A stretch of DNA of 60,952 nucleotides, filler included, from Sphacelaria rigidula (Eukaryota): NCBI GenBank assembly GCA_964200075.2. It is 8 parts of 8 records of this genome, joined end to end, with 100 filler letters (N's around TTAATTAATTAA, not from the genome) between each part and the next. Parts side by side here need not be neighbours in the genome. Positions count along the whole stretch, not along the records: positions 30,529 to 38,059 come from CAXNAA020014475.1; positions 38,160 to 45,690 come from CAXNAA020014476.1; positions 45,791 to 53,321 come from CAXNAA020014477.1; 5 more parts are not named here. One strand, written 5' to 3'. The position numbers were made by a program, and so were the translations under genes. The notes below the pieces were generated by a model. It made no database searches. It saw only the letters and a program-made list of their open reading frames with translations, and was not told where the DNA came from. Below are positions 37,790-50,497 of this stretch, in pieces (positions within the stretch are counted from its first letter, which is position 1; every line of letters begins with the position of its first letter).

Positions 37790-37970
37790 TCGGCAGGGTT
37801 TGAGCTTCGCTAGTGAACGAATTCATGAAGTACTGGGAAGAGGGAATGACCGCCATGATGGGCATGTTGTATTATTGGAGCTGGGAAATAGAGTCACACC
37901 CAAGAGATAGAGAGAAGCAGTAGTAGTAGAGCTCTACACTTTTTCAAGAAAAGAGACAAGAATGACCCGA
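37790..37970 (+). pseudogene. LINE RT N-terminal fragment
   Basis: VNEFMKYWEEGMTAMMGMLYYWSW...P..*REAVVV..FKKRDKNDP fits the start of a non-LTR RT domain (..E..KY.......L.N.I.....P..W....V..LFKKGD..DP). Confidence 0.6.
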
Positions 37971-38059
37971 CACTTTCTAATATACCCCCCCCCCCCCCCC
38001 CCCCCCCCCCGACCCCACACCGCCACCCCCCGTACGGATGGGAGCAGGAGCGGTTGTGG

Positions 38060-38159
38060 NNNNNNNNNNNNNNNNNNNNNNNNNNNNNNNNNNNNNNNNN
38101 NNNTTAATTAATTAANNNNNNNNNNNNNNNNNNNNNNNNNNNNNNNNNNNNNNNNNNNN
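38060..38159. other. Artificial scaffold linker
   Basis: Same structure. Confidence 0.99.
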
Positions 38160-38338
38160 CCCTGCTCCGTCTCGAAAGGGATGCGTGGTCAATGGTCAAA
38201 CGACTAAGGCAAGCAACAAATGAGTACGCCCCCCCCACCCTTCGCGGTGCTCCGTCTCGAAAGGGATGCGTGGTCAATGGTCAAACGACTAAGGCAAGCA
38301 ACAAATGAGTACCCCACCCCCCCACCCCCCCCCACCCT
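38160..38338 (+). mobile_element. Two head-to-tail LINE 3' tails, each with a C-run
   Basis: Near-identical 70-nt tails at 38163-38236 and 38245-38338. Confidence 0.9.
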
Positions 38339-38387
38339 CCTCAGCCTGGTCCGGCAGAACTCCGGCGTGCTCCGTCCCGGCTTTGTA

Positions 38388-38920
38388 GGGGCGGATTTCC
38401 TATGGAGTTGGGGTGGGTCCTGCTGAAAATCACGCCACTTAGTACCTAAGCTAGGCAACCAGGTTACCGATTTGTTTCGCGCGCTTGCGTTTTCTTTGCG
38501 GTAACCATGATGGTAGTCGAGCTGAATCATATTGTGCGGGGTGGGAAAATCCCATCTCTGCGTAAATGAAATGATCGTAATACGTAGTGTTTCAACGGTG
38601 AGATACTCATGAGGCAGTGGATAAGCCGTGGCTCTTTCTCGAAGTGGCAATACCAGAAAACGAAGCAACTCATTGGAGTCTGTCATCCAAATGCAAGGTA
38701 ATCAGTACGCTTGGGGCCGAACACTCTTAGCAGGGCACAGCTCACCCTTCATGCGACCCGCCGAACACACCACGGCGCTTCGCGCTTGATGATTGATTNN
38801 NNNNNNNNTGATTGCGAGCCTGGTCCGGCGAAAAACCGGCGTGCTCCGTTCCGGCTTTGTGGAGATGCGAGGTCAATGATCATATGACTATGGTATGCAA
38901 GATCATGAGTACACCCCCCC
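38388..38920 (+). mobile_element. C-tailed partner element (variant 5' end; contains a 10-N gap)
   Basis: Collinear with 30644-31140; ends GAGTACACCCCCCC. Confidence 0.85.
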
Positions 38921-39381
38921 TTTCGTCGAGCTTTGTTGAGTGAGTGTTTTCGTTCATTTACCCTAGGTACGTCTATCTCATCACGACACCCGCATTCGTA
39001 GCAGATTATTCAATGTGCTGTATTTTTTTTTTTATGTTCCTGTTTTTTTTCTATTCTTTTTTTTTTTTCCTTAGAGCGTGTTTCAATTTCGTTTTGTTGG
39101 GTACGTACGTCTATCATGAGACCACGCCTGGACCCCTGGGGGGTCAGTTCAAGTGCAACAATCAATCAATCAATCAATCAATCAATATAATCAATATACC
39201 AACCAACCAAGACACGGCGCCTCACAACATCACAAGTCTCTGACCCTCGCCTTGAACCTAGGATACCTTAACCCTTCGCGGTGACCCCAACCTCTAACCC
39301 TGAGTACATGAGCGACGACGTGTCGATCGAGGAGGTTAACGCTGGGAATCGTCGAGCTTCCGACTTGGGGCTCGTTCTTAC

Positions 39382-39570
39382 CTGTCTCCGTCTTTGAAGT
39401 GGATCGCCAGCGCCAGAAGTCCGCCTCCGCTAACCATCTTAACCCGGTTCATCCTAAAGTATTTCGGGCAGATATCTTTGTCTATGAGAGCCAGGATGAT
39501 GCACAGGTAGGCGTGGAGCAGGTCCGGAGGGAGGGAACCACTTTGCGCATTGGCCTTCACGTTTCGCCAT
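39382..39570 (-). CDS. Exon 4 of 4 visible; unidentified protein with an ARM-repeat-like segment
   Basis: cag| ... |gtaaga, phase 2-2; WRNVKANAQ...NRVKMVSGGGLLALAIHFKDGD; splices in frame to 40904-41116. Confidence 0.7.
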
Positions 39571-40455
39571 CTGGAACGTAGGGCGGAACCCTGTTGTTTT
39601 TGGGATGCGAGCCGTAACGAAAAACAAAATGTGAGAGGCTGCCTGGGTCGGCGGTTATTGGTCGCGGGGATGAGATGCGTCCCTCCACCTTTTGTCGCCA
39701 CCTAGAAGTTGTTGTTGACTCCAGAAACGTTTTCGCCTGGTCACCCGTCACCACCTTCGTGTTGGTTCTCCCGGATGTGCTATTCGCCGTGCCCTAGTGG
39801 CTGATTCGTTACGCTCTACGTGCGGTGCTCGGATTTTTTCCAGTGTATTGGAAAACAAAGTCACCAATGAAAGCAAATGCTGGCGTGAAAGACCGAACAT
39901 TTTGCATTCTGCACAGAGACGGGGGCTGAGATGAACCTCGCCAGATGGCGGCAACATCTTGTGATATGTGGTGCTTTCGAGTGCCAGGAATGGATTCCTG
40001 TAAAGAGATCGGGGTGTACACTTGTTGACCTGAGGTCCGAAGCCTAGTCAAGCCATTGCGTAGCTTGAAGAAAGCCTGAAAAAATCTATTACCTGCAAAT
40101 GACTTGGCCGCTATCGCTTTAGAGTCCAAATCTAGTAGCACGCTCGAAACGACATAGCTTTCCGAACAACGTACCGTGCGATCTGGCGTTCCCACAGCGG
40201 CGTTTGAGCTCAGGGTACGGGACAGCGGTGGAAATTAGCAGAAACAAGCGTTTGCCAGTATGAAGACATTCGACGTCTGTCCACCTCACCTGCATTAAGA
40301 GGGTCATGCGCTTGTGTGTAGATATGGCGTGCGGCAGTTTGCGGTAGCTTTCCAACAGCTTCGGCATCGTGTACCTGCGTGTCATTGCAAATTTATTGAA
40401 CACAGCTTCCCACGGAGAGGGAGGATATCGCTCAAGTACACTCCCCCTGCTTTTC

Positions 40456-40692
40456 GAAACGGTGCTCCGTCTCGAAAGGGATGCGTGGTCAATGGTCAAA
40501 CAACTAAGGCAAGCAGCTGTTGAGTAACACCCCCCCCCCCCACCATCTCAACAAACAAAAACAACACCAAAATCGTAGAACACAAGCAGCGTACTTANNN
40601 NNNNNNNCTTTTGAAACCGGGGCCCGGCTCGAAAGGGGTGCGGGGTCCAATGTCCAAAACCTAAAGCCACCCGGCGGTTGGTTCCCCCCCCC
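40456..40692 (+). mobile_element. LINE tail insertion in an intron with 13-bp TSD (duplicated across a 10-N gap by assembly)
   Basis: CCCCCTGCTTTTC at 40443-40455 and 40693-40705. Confidence 0.75.
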
Positions 40693-40903
40693 CCCCCTGC
40701 TTTTCAACTACAGAACGTGCTCCCAAATTTTGTCGAACCCTTGATGACTTGTGACTAGAGCAATTACAACTCGCGCTCATCGACTACAAAGCACCTAGAT
40801 GCCTACTCAAATATCATATATAACAATATCAGTCTTCTTGAAACAAGAACAACGGGCAGTGGATCTTGTGGAAGCAGGCCATAATTTTCCCACGACCTCC
40901 TAC

Positions 40904-41116
40904 CGGAACCCTATGACGCGAACGGCCGTGTCCATTTTGAAAACCATCAGTCGCAACACGCGCGCCATGACGTTCAGCTGCGTCATCGAGTCCGCCAGGC
41001 ACGGGGCTAGAATGCCCAGCAGAATGTCAAGTTTGAAAACGCGGCCCTCCAAGCGGCCTTTTATCATGCTGGGCAGACCATCGTTCACCACCGCCTCAAG
41101 GTTACGCTCCATCCAC
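40904..41116 (-). CDS. Exon 3 of 4 visible; same gene
   Basis: cag| ... |gtagga, 213 nt, phase 2-2, open frame WMERNLEAVV...VRVIGF. Confidence 0.7.
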
Positions 41117-41991
41117 CTGAGTAGAGAATGTACAAGTTCAGTAAGAAGCTCGGTTTATTTCGTAGACGATTGACGCGGGCTAAGGCAGGGTGGTGAAGGA
41201 GGATAACTTAATACCAAACATGTCAGCAATGAGTGGTACGATACAACGCACAATTACGCACGATATCGTGTGTCGTACAAGATAGTAATTGTTTTGTCCA
41301 AACCCGTCTTTTCAGGCGAGTGTGTTCAAGCAACCGTCACTTATCGGTTGACGGTCCTTCCAGGGCAAAGCCGGTTTTGCTACGATAGTTGAGTCTCATC
41401 CTCGGTCAGTGCCACTGGAGCCATGTTCCAAGCGAGGGGAAGAGTGTACCTACGAAGAGGACGTGCAGTTTTGTCCTGGGTGGACCAGAGAGATACGCAA
41501 ATGTGGCGATACGGAGCAGTATTGGCAACTACAACTGCCCGCTACTTCACGCAAGGGTGCTATTCATCCTGCCGCCATACATACGAAAAATACAGAGGCA
41601 TCTCGACGGACTCTGACGGGCTGGTATCCCGTCATCGAACGATATGTGGGGTTCCTACTGGTGGCGGTCGTTGACTGCGGTGAACAGTGCCGTTGAGCAC
41701 CATTGGCACGACCCTGCGCTACACAAAAATCCAAAAAAAACTCACCATGGATGACTTAGCCTCCGAAACATTGTTTTTTGATAATCAGGGTAACCAGCCA
41801 ATATGATCGACCAATCCAAACGTGGGAACCATGACGTTCGGTGACGTCGCGCTTGGACTCACAACTTCGCTTCTTTTAAGTTAGGCGTAAAACGTCACCC
41901 TCACCCAGCACCGAACAAAAGTACCTAGAACGACGCCAAACATTGAATTCTTCATGCGCCCACAATGGAGCTACTCACGAGCTCCGCATAC

Positions 41992-42217
41992 CTATTTGCT
42001 GTCGGATAAGTGTCGATGAGCTTAACTAGCATTCCCGCAGAGAGGATTCGTCGACGCCGGTCCTCCGAAGCGTAGCACTCTTCCAGTAGAGTCTGGCAAC
42101 TAACTCCCAGCTGGTCGAGAGTCCAATTCGAAGCGTCGAAATCCTCTACAGCGTTTTTGATGTCCGCGTCTTCCATCATCCCTAAGCTATTGGAAGGTTC
42201 ACCGGGGGCCTCTGCGC
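41992..42217 (-). CDS. Exon 2 of 4 visible; same gene
   Basis: tag| ... |gtatgc, phase 1-2, AEAPGEPSNSLGMMEDADIK...LIDTYPTAN. Confidence 0.7.
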
Positions 42218-42563
42218 CTAAAGTGCAGCGAGCGTAAAGGGGCAAGCAACAATAATTTGTAATAAACGATACGTGACTTACACAACACACGGTTCCTTCT
42301 GTGCTAAAGGGCAGAAGAACTCCTGATGACAAACGAGGCATGACAACTGTTCGTAGTACGGATGCGTACCAGCAGGTAGATTGTCGCTGAGAAAAGTTGG
42401 CATCAATCGTAGCTCGGACCCATCGTGGGGGTGGACGTACATTGTGATCACCGTGTGGCACTCTGTTTTGATGGTTATTCAATCGGTTTGTTGAGCGCTT
42501 GGATTCATCCTAACAAGGCTAGTGCAAGATGTCAGTGGCAATTACCATTCATGAAGTCCTCAC

Positions 42564-42689
42564 CGCTCGGGTGTGTCCCTGACGGGCTGGGATGATATGT
42601 CTTGGCCTCAGAGTCATCTTTGATCTCGTCATCGCTAGCTTCTGAAAGATCATCGCTACCAAGCGAGTGCTCCTCCTCCTCCTCTATGG
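42564..42689 (-). CDS. Exon 1 of 4 visible; acidic low-complexity segment
   Basis: cag| ... |gtgagg, phase 1-1, IEEEEHSLGSDDLSEASDDEIKDDSE; in frame with the next exon. Confidence 0.55.
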
Positions 42690-43649
42690 CTGTGCCAGCA
42701 AAACCTCCACTCGTGAATCATGGGGTACACGCACGTCGACATTCGAGGACGGATGATATATTTCAGACGAGAAGAGCACGCTAAGGCGGTAAATTTCAGA
42801 TTGCGATTGGCGGTTTTGAACCGAATGCCGTGTTGCGCCGTACCCAGAGTTCAGTTTCTGACCAAACCTCTGTCGTGGTGGCAGGGGACACCCGATCAAG
42901 GGAAAGGAGCCCGCATTTCAACCGCCGTACCGGTGGACCAGAATCGCTGATTGTTTCGCGCGCTCGATATTCACATCGCACACCCAACATGAGCGCGAGT
43001 TGAGAATATCATGATTCGAACATCTTCGCAATCACTTGCTGTCCATTGTATATAGTGAATCTACTGCAAGGGTCTAGTCGACAAGCCACATGCTGTACGA
43101 AACACCTTTATGCGCTCCTGCCTTGGCTGCGGATGTGCGTTGCCCGCCCAACAGCCGCATATTTTCCCGCCCCATGCTCGCCACGTGATCGGCTACAGGG
43201 TTCATCTCGCCCGCCACGCTGCGCTCGTCGATGCCCAATGCTTTCATGTTGTCCGCATAATCTATAACCATCCGCCCCTGCTGGCCTACCCTCTCCGCAG
43301 TGTCCCCGATGGACACTTCCCATGGTTCCGGTGGACCGCCCTAGGGGGTCAAGAGGTGGGGGATTCGTATCACGTTTATTCCCTGGTTTCGTCCAAGCCC
43401 AATGACTTCTTTGAAAGATGGACAGCACTGCTCTAGTGATTGACAATTACCGATAGCCCCCGTTGTACTGTGTTGTACTGTGTATTCGTTTCGCCAATTT
43501 GGCGACAGGAACCGGAGAAAGAGATGTGCGGTACAGCAGGCTACGATTAGGGTTATTTCTGGCTTCCACTTTTCGTGTACAATTCTGTGCAAATCGAGGG
43601 CTTAGAGTTGTCGATATTCTTACCCGTCTTCTCCCTTCGGGTGAAAATA

Positions 43650-44400
43650 GTCCTGTCCATCAGGAGGCCGTCCAAGCTATTCCTATAGTAAATAAAACGC
43701 AGCGATGACCCCAACACGTACTGCACACTCATCACCACCAAATACAGAGCTATGGCATGCCTTGCGACATTCCTGGGATTATTAGACCAAAACTCCCACG
43801 CATCCAAACTACAGATTTCGTCGTGGGTGAGCCTGTATACATTGTACACGTACGTGCTTGTTTATAAACAAATTGTTTCCGTGGGTGTCGGAATGGGTTT
43901 TAGGTAGCCTTTCGTGCATACGCGATGTGTCCGGTACGCATTCCCCCCCCGTGTACGAGACATGCCATGTAGTCGTCCTGAGTACCACACCGAACATCTC
44001 GCCAGTCGAGAAAATCGTGGTCGTGTTGGGCCGTGCGTTTCGGGAGCTTACAGTCATACTGCTCAAAAATGTTGACACTGTTCATTGGACGGTTAGATTG
44101 TATGGATAGCACGAACAAGTACCTTGCCACCATTGCCGTGCGTTCGGGCTATGGTATTGGCAGTCCGCTACATTGATAGTGATGGAGCATGCCATGGCTG
44201 TCACGCTGGTGAGCGAGGTGTGCTGTGCACCGCGCGCTTGACACATGGGTCCCTATCTGATCTACCATCTCCCAGACCGTAGCATTAGCCGGTTTGTAAT
44301 CTGCACGCGGCCGCTGGAATATTTTACTGCTTGATGCGAATTTACTTTGGTTTCCATTCCTATATGATAACTCGTATCTTCCCGAAACCAAGTGGCTCCC
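43650..44400 (-). pseudogene. Heavily decayed Helitron Rep (HUH) remnant
   Basis: Ordered fragments FGK..II...KPK*, YQCSGLP, RCGT....ACLVHG, WSNNP, LRFIYYRNSLD resemble GKPDLF.T.NP.W, FQKRGLPH, PCG....PCM..G, WVVPYNP, LYKYIYKG.D. Confidence 0.4.
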
Positions 44401-45690
44401 ACAAAGAGCCCGCGGACCAACCCTTAACGAAGCATAATCACAAACGTGGAATTGTCGGGCGATTCACAGATTCGAGTACTTCGCGCAACACATCTATCAT
44501 GACATGGAATCGAAAAAACGTTACAAAACAGGGGTTTGCATATAGTTGTTTTCCAATCTTCAAACTTGAGGTAGAGGCGCTTCCTAAGCACGAACAATAA
44601 ATTTAAATAGAGAGCAATCTAGAGAGCACACCGTAGCACAGTCACTGTTTCTTCAGCGTTCCCCTCGCCCCCTTTGTTCAGAGAGTGTTACCGTTATGTT
44701 CACAGTGGAATCGTCAAATTTCGTCATCACGGCTGGATTCCTCGGAGGTCGGTCAATGCGCGACAATCGATTGATCAATTAAATGGAGAGGAAGAAAGTC
44801 TAAGGTCTGAACGACAGCAACTGTGGATGCATAAGAAGACGGGATTTCTTCAGTCCCCATCGTTAGCCGCAGCGGACGAGGCAAAATGACCGTCGGGCGG
44901 AATAAACACCGTGGACCACGAAGGCAGGCTAGCCGCTGATGGCTCGAGGGTGCATGGGCTATCGACTTGCGTCCGTCCATCAACAATATGGCCAAAGGTA
45001 CAGCCAAGCCTCTCTTCCGCAAGAAAAGCAGTGAGATAAACGTTGACGTTGTGGCTGCCACTTGCTCCTTTATATCGATGCACGTGTGCAGATGGTGGGG
45101 CTACGCTGGCTGAGGCCAAACCTGTTGAAACCTGACTTTCAAGCGCTCCGGCATTAAGTAGGGCATGGTTGCACGCTCCCTTTCATGGTTGCACTTTTCG
45201 TGAATCCGAACGGTCTGCACCCTCAAACTAAAATCGGCCGCGGATTCGAGTGGATGCTTAACTCTCGTGAAACCCTCCCCTGCCATCCCCGGGTCAGAGG
45301 TCTCACTATTTGCAGACGCCCGTGGTTGCGGGAGGAGAACAAAAAAAGCATTTACCTAGTCATCCTACGATAGGGAGGGGGGTATTTTGGGCCACTTCTT
45401 GCACGAAATTCCATGTCAAATCGTCGTAAAAAACAGCAACAGTTATTCGAACGAGCTTGTTATAGATAAATAACGCTCATTCATACTGCTTGACACAGGT
45501 TTGAACAAAATACAAGCGCACCGCGAGTATGACGGGTAGTCTGACACATTTATGAGCCTCTTTTTTCGTGCAACTGAATACCCCCCCCCCCTCCCCCTGT
45601 CGGTCCCCCCCTCACCTCTAGACTCTTGGGTTGGCGTCGAGTGGCAACGGCGCTGTAAAACAAGCCATCAAAACCTAGACAAATGTACAG

Positions 45691-45790
45691 NNNNNNNNNN
45701 NNNNNNNNNNNNNNNNNNNNNNNNNNNNNNNNNNTTAATTAATTAANNNNNNNNNNNNNNNNNNNNNNNNNNNNNNNNNNNNNNNNNNNN
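45691..45790. other. Artificial scaffold linker
   Basis: Same structure. Confidence 0.99.
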
Positions 45791-45852
45791 ATGTATGTAT
45801 GTATGTATGTATGTATGTATGTATGTATGTATGTATGTATGTATGTATGTAT
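45791..45852. repeat. (ATGT)n microsatellite
   Basis: Direct reading. Confidence 0.97.
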
Positions 45853-46679
45853 GGCTGACCAATTGTGGCCCAACGCCTGTATACATCTAGGCAAGGCATG
45901 TAACCATCAAGTGTGTAACATGTGCTCTACACCCATGTAACGGGGTAACCGTCGATTGCCGTAATCTTTTCGGGACCGGACTCCTCACAATGGTATATTT
46001 TTGGCACTTTCCCGCACTTTCCCCCCCCAATAATCGTGTATTAGTGACAGGTGTCTATTAGTTTTGTTCTCAAGTCAGTATGATGCTGCTAATTCACACA
46101 TGTTTGTCAATTGGCACCATTTTGACTTGAAAACAGAACGAATGGACACTTACCACTAACGTACGATTGTGGGGGGGAAAAGGGTCCCAAAAGGGCTAAT
46201 TTTATTATTCCGATATTATATCCGGCCGACCGGTTTTGGCTGGCGCCCGATGTACGATCGTGTGATTGACTTTGATCGCACACGACCTGACTCGCTACGT
46301 GTCCGGTTGTAGTCGTGACATATGGACGTACCCAACGTGAATACACACACATATATGCATGTATGCATCCTCACATGAAAAGTGTAGGATGAGCGCACCC
46401 ACGGGATCGGAAACAAACGTTCAACTTGAAGTGATACACATGATATCGGCATAATGACATCTTCACATGTCATCCAGCGCTAAAGAACAGAGGTTCTGTC
46501 TGTGTGAGCTATTTGCTCTGCTCGTCAGTTTGGAAACCCTTCCCAAGTGCGGGTGTGTTCCGCTGGTGAAATGGATAACACCTTGTTTTCAGTGTGTTGC
46601 TCGGAGTGATTCATGCATTCAGTGTCTACTGTATTTCTATGTACCGCAAGAAAGTACTGAAACGAGTGATTAAACGTAA

Positions 46680-46930
46680 CTGAATAAAGAATGAATAAAC
46701 GAAAAAAACGAATGAATGAAGGAGTGAATGAATAGATGAAGAGGTGAATAGATGAGTTAATGAATGACTGAATGCATGCATGAAAAACGAAAAAACGAAT
46801 AAGCGAGTAAGCAACTTGATAGATAAATAGGTGAGTAGGTGAGTAGGTGAGTAGGTGAATATATGAATGAATAAATAGATGAAGAGGGGAATGAATGAAT
46901 GAACGAACGAACGAATAAATGAACGAATGG
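46680..46930. repeat. Degenerate (GAAT)n microsatellite
   Basis: Direct reading. Confidence 0.85.
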
Positions 46931-47393
46931 AATCTGTTTCAGTTTTACTTTGTCGCAAGAGGGTGTACATGAGGGCAAATCATCATCACGAGATCATCGT
47001 GTTCGAGAACGGTTCCAAATTGAGAACAAAAATACCCTCAGTTCAAAGAAGTCCAACGGCAGGTTGTACCCCACCTCCAGCGCATCAGGGAGTCGAGTTA
47101 AGCTGAAACTAGAGCCCGGAAGGTTCGTGCGACGTGATTCAATCGTGCACACACAAGATGCTGACTAAAGGCAGGGCCGTGTAGGTGAACGACGGTGTAT
47201 CTGCGATGTGAACCCGCTGTTCGCTTGCTTGCTTGCTTCGTCGTGTCAGCCGATCTTTCCCTTCTCTTTTTCCGGGTTCCGACGCAAAACTTCAAACGGG
47301 CCAACAAGCAGAATAGTACACGCGCAAAGCATACCCGCAGTGGCATGTTCATCATCCTCCATACGTCTGATTCTTCCACACTCACCTAGGTCT

Positions 47394-47539
47394 GTGTGTG
47401 CTCATCATCCTGCATGCCGCAGTCATTAAGACCATTGACCTCGCATTCCGGCAAGAAACCGGCGTGCTCCATCTCGACCTTGTAGGGATGCGAGGCCAAC
47501 GGTCTTATGAATACGGCATGCAAGATCATGAGTACACAC
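47394..47539. mobile_element. Head-to-head pair of partner-element 3' ends forming a hairpin
   Basis: Left ~55 nt is the reverse complement of the tail; right ~85 nt is the sense tail. Confidence 0.75.
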
Positions 47540-49040
47540 TGACCTGCATGCATACAGAAACACAAAACACATGGCACAGCGGCGCATCCTAACACATACA
47601 GTACACACGCACAAAAGCAAGGATTACAGAGCAGTCGTTGAGCTACCGTGCCGTCCACAAACAAAACGGTGTCGTCGGGCAGCAATGGCATGCAGTAGCG
47701 CTGTGGGTGCATGCCATTCCGTTTTTTCTGTTTTGCAAGCAGTCTACCTCATCGAAGCGAATTGTTTTTTGTGTTGGTTATCACCTACGCATCTCTGCCC
47801 ACGTGAAAAACAACAGTGTGCCTAGAACTCGCGGGGAACCTAGTACACCGTACCCTGCGCTAGGCACTGACTACAGTACTCAACAAGATCATCACGTGCT
47901 GCAAACGTTGATGGACTGAAACATGTGCTCTTGGTGTTAGCAAACGTCAACCCCGAACTCAAGATTTTGGAGCTATTTTCATGGGCTGCTAGGACTGCAC
48001 GTTGTCGTCACAACTAGGATTTTCGCTTACGGGAGAGTTTCGGGAGAAATTTGGCTATTTCCGGCCGTTTTGCGGCACCCTACGCGTCCAAGTTGAGCCA
48101 TGGTTTCACTACAGAAAATGGGGGAAAGAAAGCTCGCTTCAAAAAAGCGGAAACAGCCCGAATTTGGACGGTGGAGTTCTCGCCCTGTGTTTGCGACACT
48201 CTTACGCAGGAAGAGGAGAAATACAGGTTTACACATAACGCAAGTCATTGGTCAAATCAAGCCATCTCTGTTAGAAAAACGTATACGCATGAATTTGCAG
48301 TTTTGTTTGGTGGTTGTCAGCACAACGGCACGACGGTACGACCAGCGAAACTATCAACAACAAAAAACAAAACAGGATAGTCCCGAACGCGAACAGTCAG
48401 TCTTAATCCCTGACTTATTCAATCTCTCCGTGATTCAGAACATGGGTGCGACTGATGGCATGACAAGGATGGCCGATTACAACGCACGCTGCTGCCAAAT
48501 ATACCTATGACTGCACATCATGAAACACACCCCGCAAAGCAGGACTGTACACCACGGGTGAAGAATGCTGCCTGCGACAGAAGAATTGAACCGCTAGGAC
48601 TTCAAACGCGAGGAAGGAAGGAGTGTTGCGTATGACCGATCCCAAAACACTCCACGGAAATCATACAGTACAGAAACCTCGGCGCTTGCGGTGCGTATAT
48701 CTGGAGAAGTTAGGAGTAACTCACAAGTTAGGGCGCTTGTGGTGCATGTTACTTTTCACTTGGATGATCGCTCGAAACGACGATATCCTTGGTTAAAATA
48801 TTGCGCGAGCCAGCGTTACATATTCTTGTGGTGCTTCTCGCGTAGACAGATATTCGTGAGTATCTGCGTGACCTGGGGTTAGGACAAACCCGCAGTGCCT
48901 GCCTACTAGATGATGGCACGATGAAAAACAAGACAGGGTCAGAAAAAGACATAATAATTCAACCACGTTCCCCCCATTTTTTTGCAAGGCAAGAACAAAT
49001 GACGGAAATTGCAGGGAAGCACTCACACATACAAAACCAC

Positions 49041-50497
49041 TACACGTCGGACGAGTCATTACTGGTCGAAAGAAGTGCGCTCGTGGATGACTTTTAAAAA
49101 CACAACGAGCAATGACTCATGTGCTCGAGTCATCACTTCTTTTTACAACGAGCAATGACTCGTGGACTCGAGTGATTACTTCTATCTACAACGAGCAATG
49201 ACTTGAGTGGTCGCCCGGTTATTTTTTTTTCCACAACGAGCAGTGACTCGGATGTTCGCCCTATTAATTTTTTCCACAACGAGCAATGACTCGAGTGCTC
49301 GCCCTATTATTTTCTTCCACAACGAGTAATGACTCGAGTGCTCGCCCTATTAACCCTCTTGGGACTGACCCCCGACTAACACGGGGCTGACCATATGTTG
49401 CTGAAATAATGAATAACAAGTCAAGGAGCGACGTGCTCAATCACGGCGAGGCGAAATTTTATCGACCAGACCCGAACGACCAGCGCGGGGACTGTTGCCG
49501 AGTGTGATGTCACTGCAAAGATCGTGTGGGGGGTCTATCCCTGGCCCAGATAAGCCTTCCCAGGTTTTCAAAGCCAGGATGATCAGAGCATGGCTCATCG
49601 TACTACTTGCATTCAGTATAGCGTTCCCGGGATTTCCCGGGAGTTTTGGGGGTCGCTAGCATGTACTAAACCGTAGTAATTACACTAACACAGGGTGGAG
49701 TGGGAAAAACCGGGAAGGAGTGTACATACGACAATGTGGGCATTTTCATGAGGCACTGAACACAGGTGGGCCATGAAAAGACAGAAGGAGCTACCGTCAT
49801 GAATTCTGCTCATCCCTTTGTCGATGACTTGCAGAACAGTGTGAACATGTATGTAGTTGGCAGGGATGAACAAGCTCTGTATAGGCAGCCGATCTCCGTC
49901 GCTGAGAACTGCCCAGAACGTGCAACGGGGTATGCAGCGGCAGTTGTTGCTGCACTCGGAGAGGCGTACTGCACTGTACTGTACTGTATATATGTGCGCC
50001 ACAACGCCCATACCCGTCGAAGAGAATTCGTCGCATGCAACAAAGAGGGAAATGGCGGGCCACCCCGACCACGGAGGGCTGTGTGGCAAGGTGTTGGGGA
50101 CAATAATATCATACAAAGCCACAAGTGGGGGGCGGTCCGCCGGTCGCCGCATCATGTTGAAAGCTCTCTACGGCGACACATACTGCTTGCTACATCAGAT
50201 GTACATCACCTAATGCGCACCCTGCACCTGAAAATAGATTGGGTAAAACTTTCGGTCTCCCTCATAATCCTGCGGTTACACACGCAGGTTTTCAACAACA
50301 TGCCACTGTTTCGTGCAGACGCCAAACACGTCATTCCTAACCAGCCTCATAAGTCGTTTTGGAGACCCGGTCCCAAAGTGGTTAATTTTTTCCACAACGA
50401 GCAATGACTCGAGTGCTCACCCTATTAATTTTACGGCCAACGAGCAGCTCAAAGAGTGCGAGTGCCACGAGTCACACTCGTGCTCGTCTGACGTGTG
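49041..50497. mobile_element. hAT-type non-autonomous element with a 43-45-bp tandem array
   Basis: TIR TACACGTCGGACGAG / CTCGTCTGACGTGTG; perfect 8-bp TSD AAAACCAC (49033-49040, 50498-50505); ACAACGAGCAATGACT units at 49102, 49145, 49188, 49233, 49276, 49319 and 50393. Confidence 0.88.
49354..50381. mobile_element. piggyBac-like non-autonomous element nested in the hAT array
   Basis: TTAA|CCCTCTTGGGACTG ... CGGTCCCAAAGTGG|TTAA; the host array resumes in register after it. Confidence 0.8.

Noticed and set aside
44674-45119. Further exon of the ARM-like gene
   Set aside because: Open frames exist on both strands, but no convincing donor site in the required phase was found.
49101-49349. CRISPR-like regular repeat (43-45-bp period)
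   Set aside because: The intervening parts are homologous to each other rather than unique spacers; no cas genes; it lies inside a TIR/TSD-bounded eukaryotic transposon.
49766-50407. 213-aa ORF as a real gene
   Set aside because: It runs across the boundary of the piggyBac-like element into the host array and has no intact domain.
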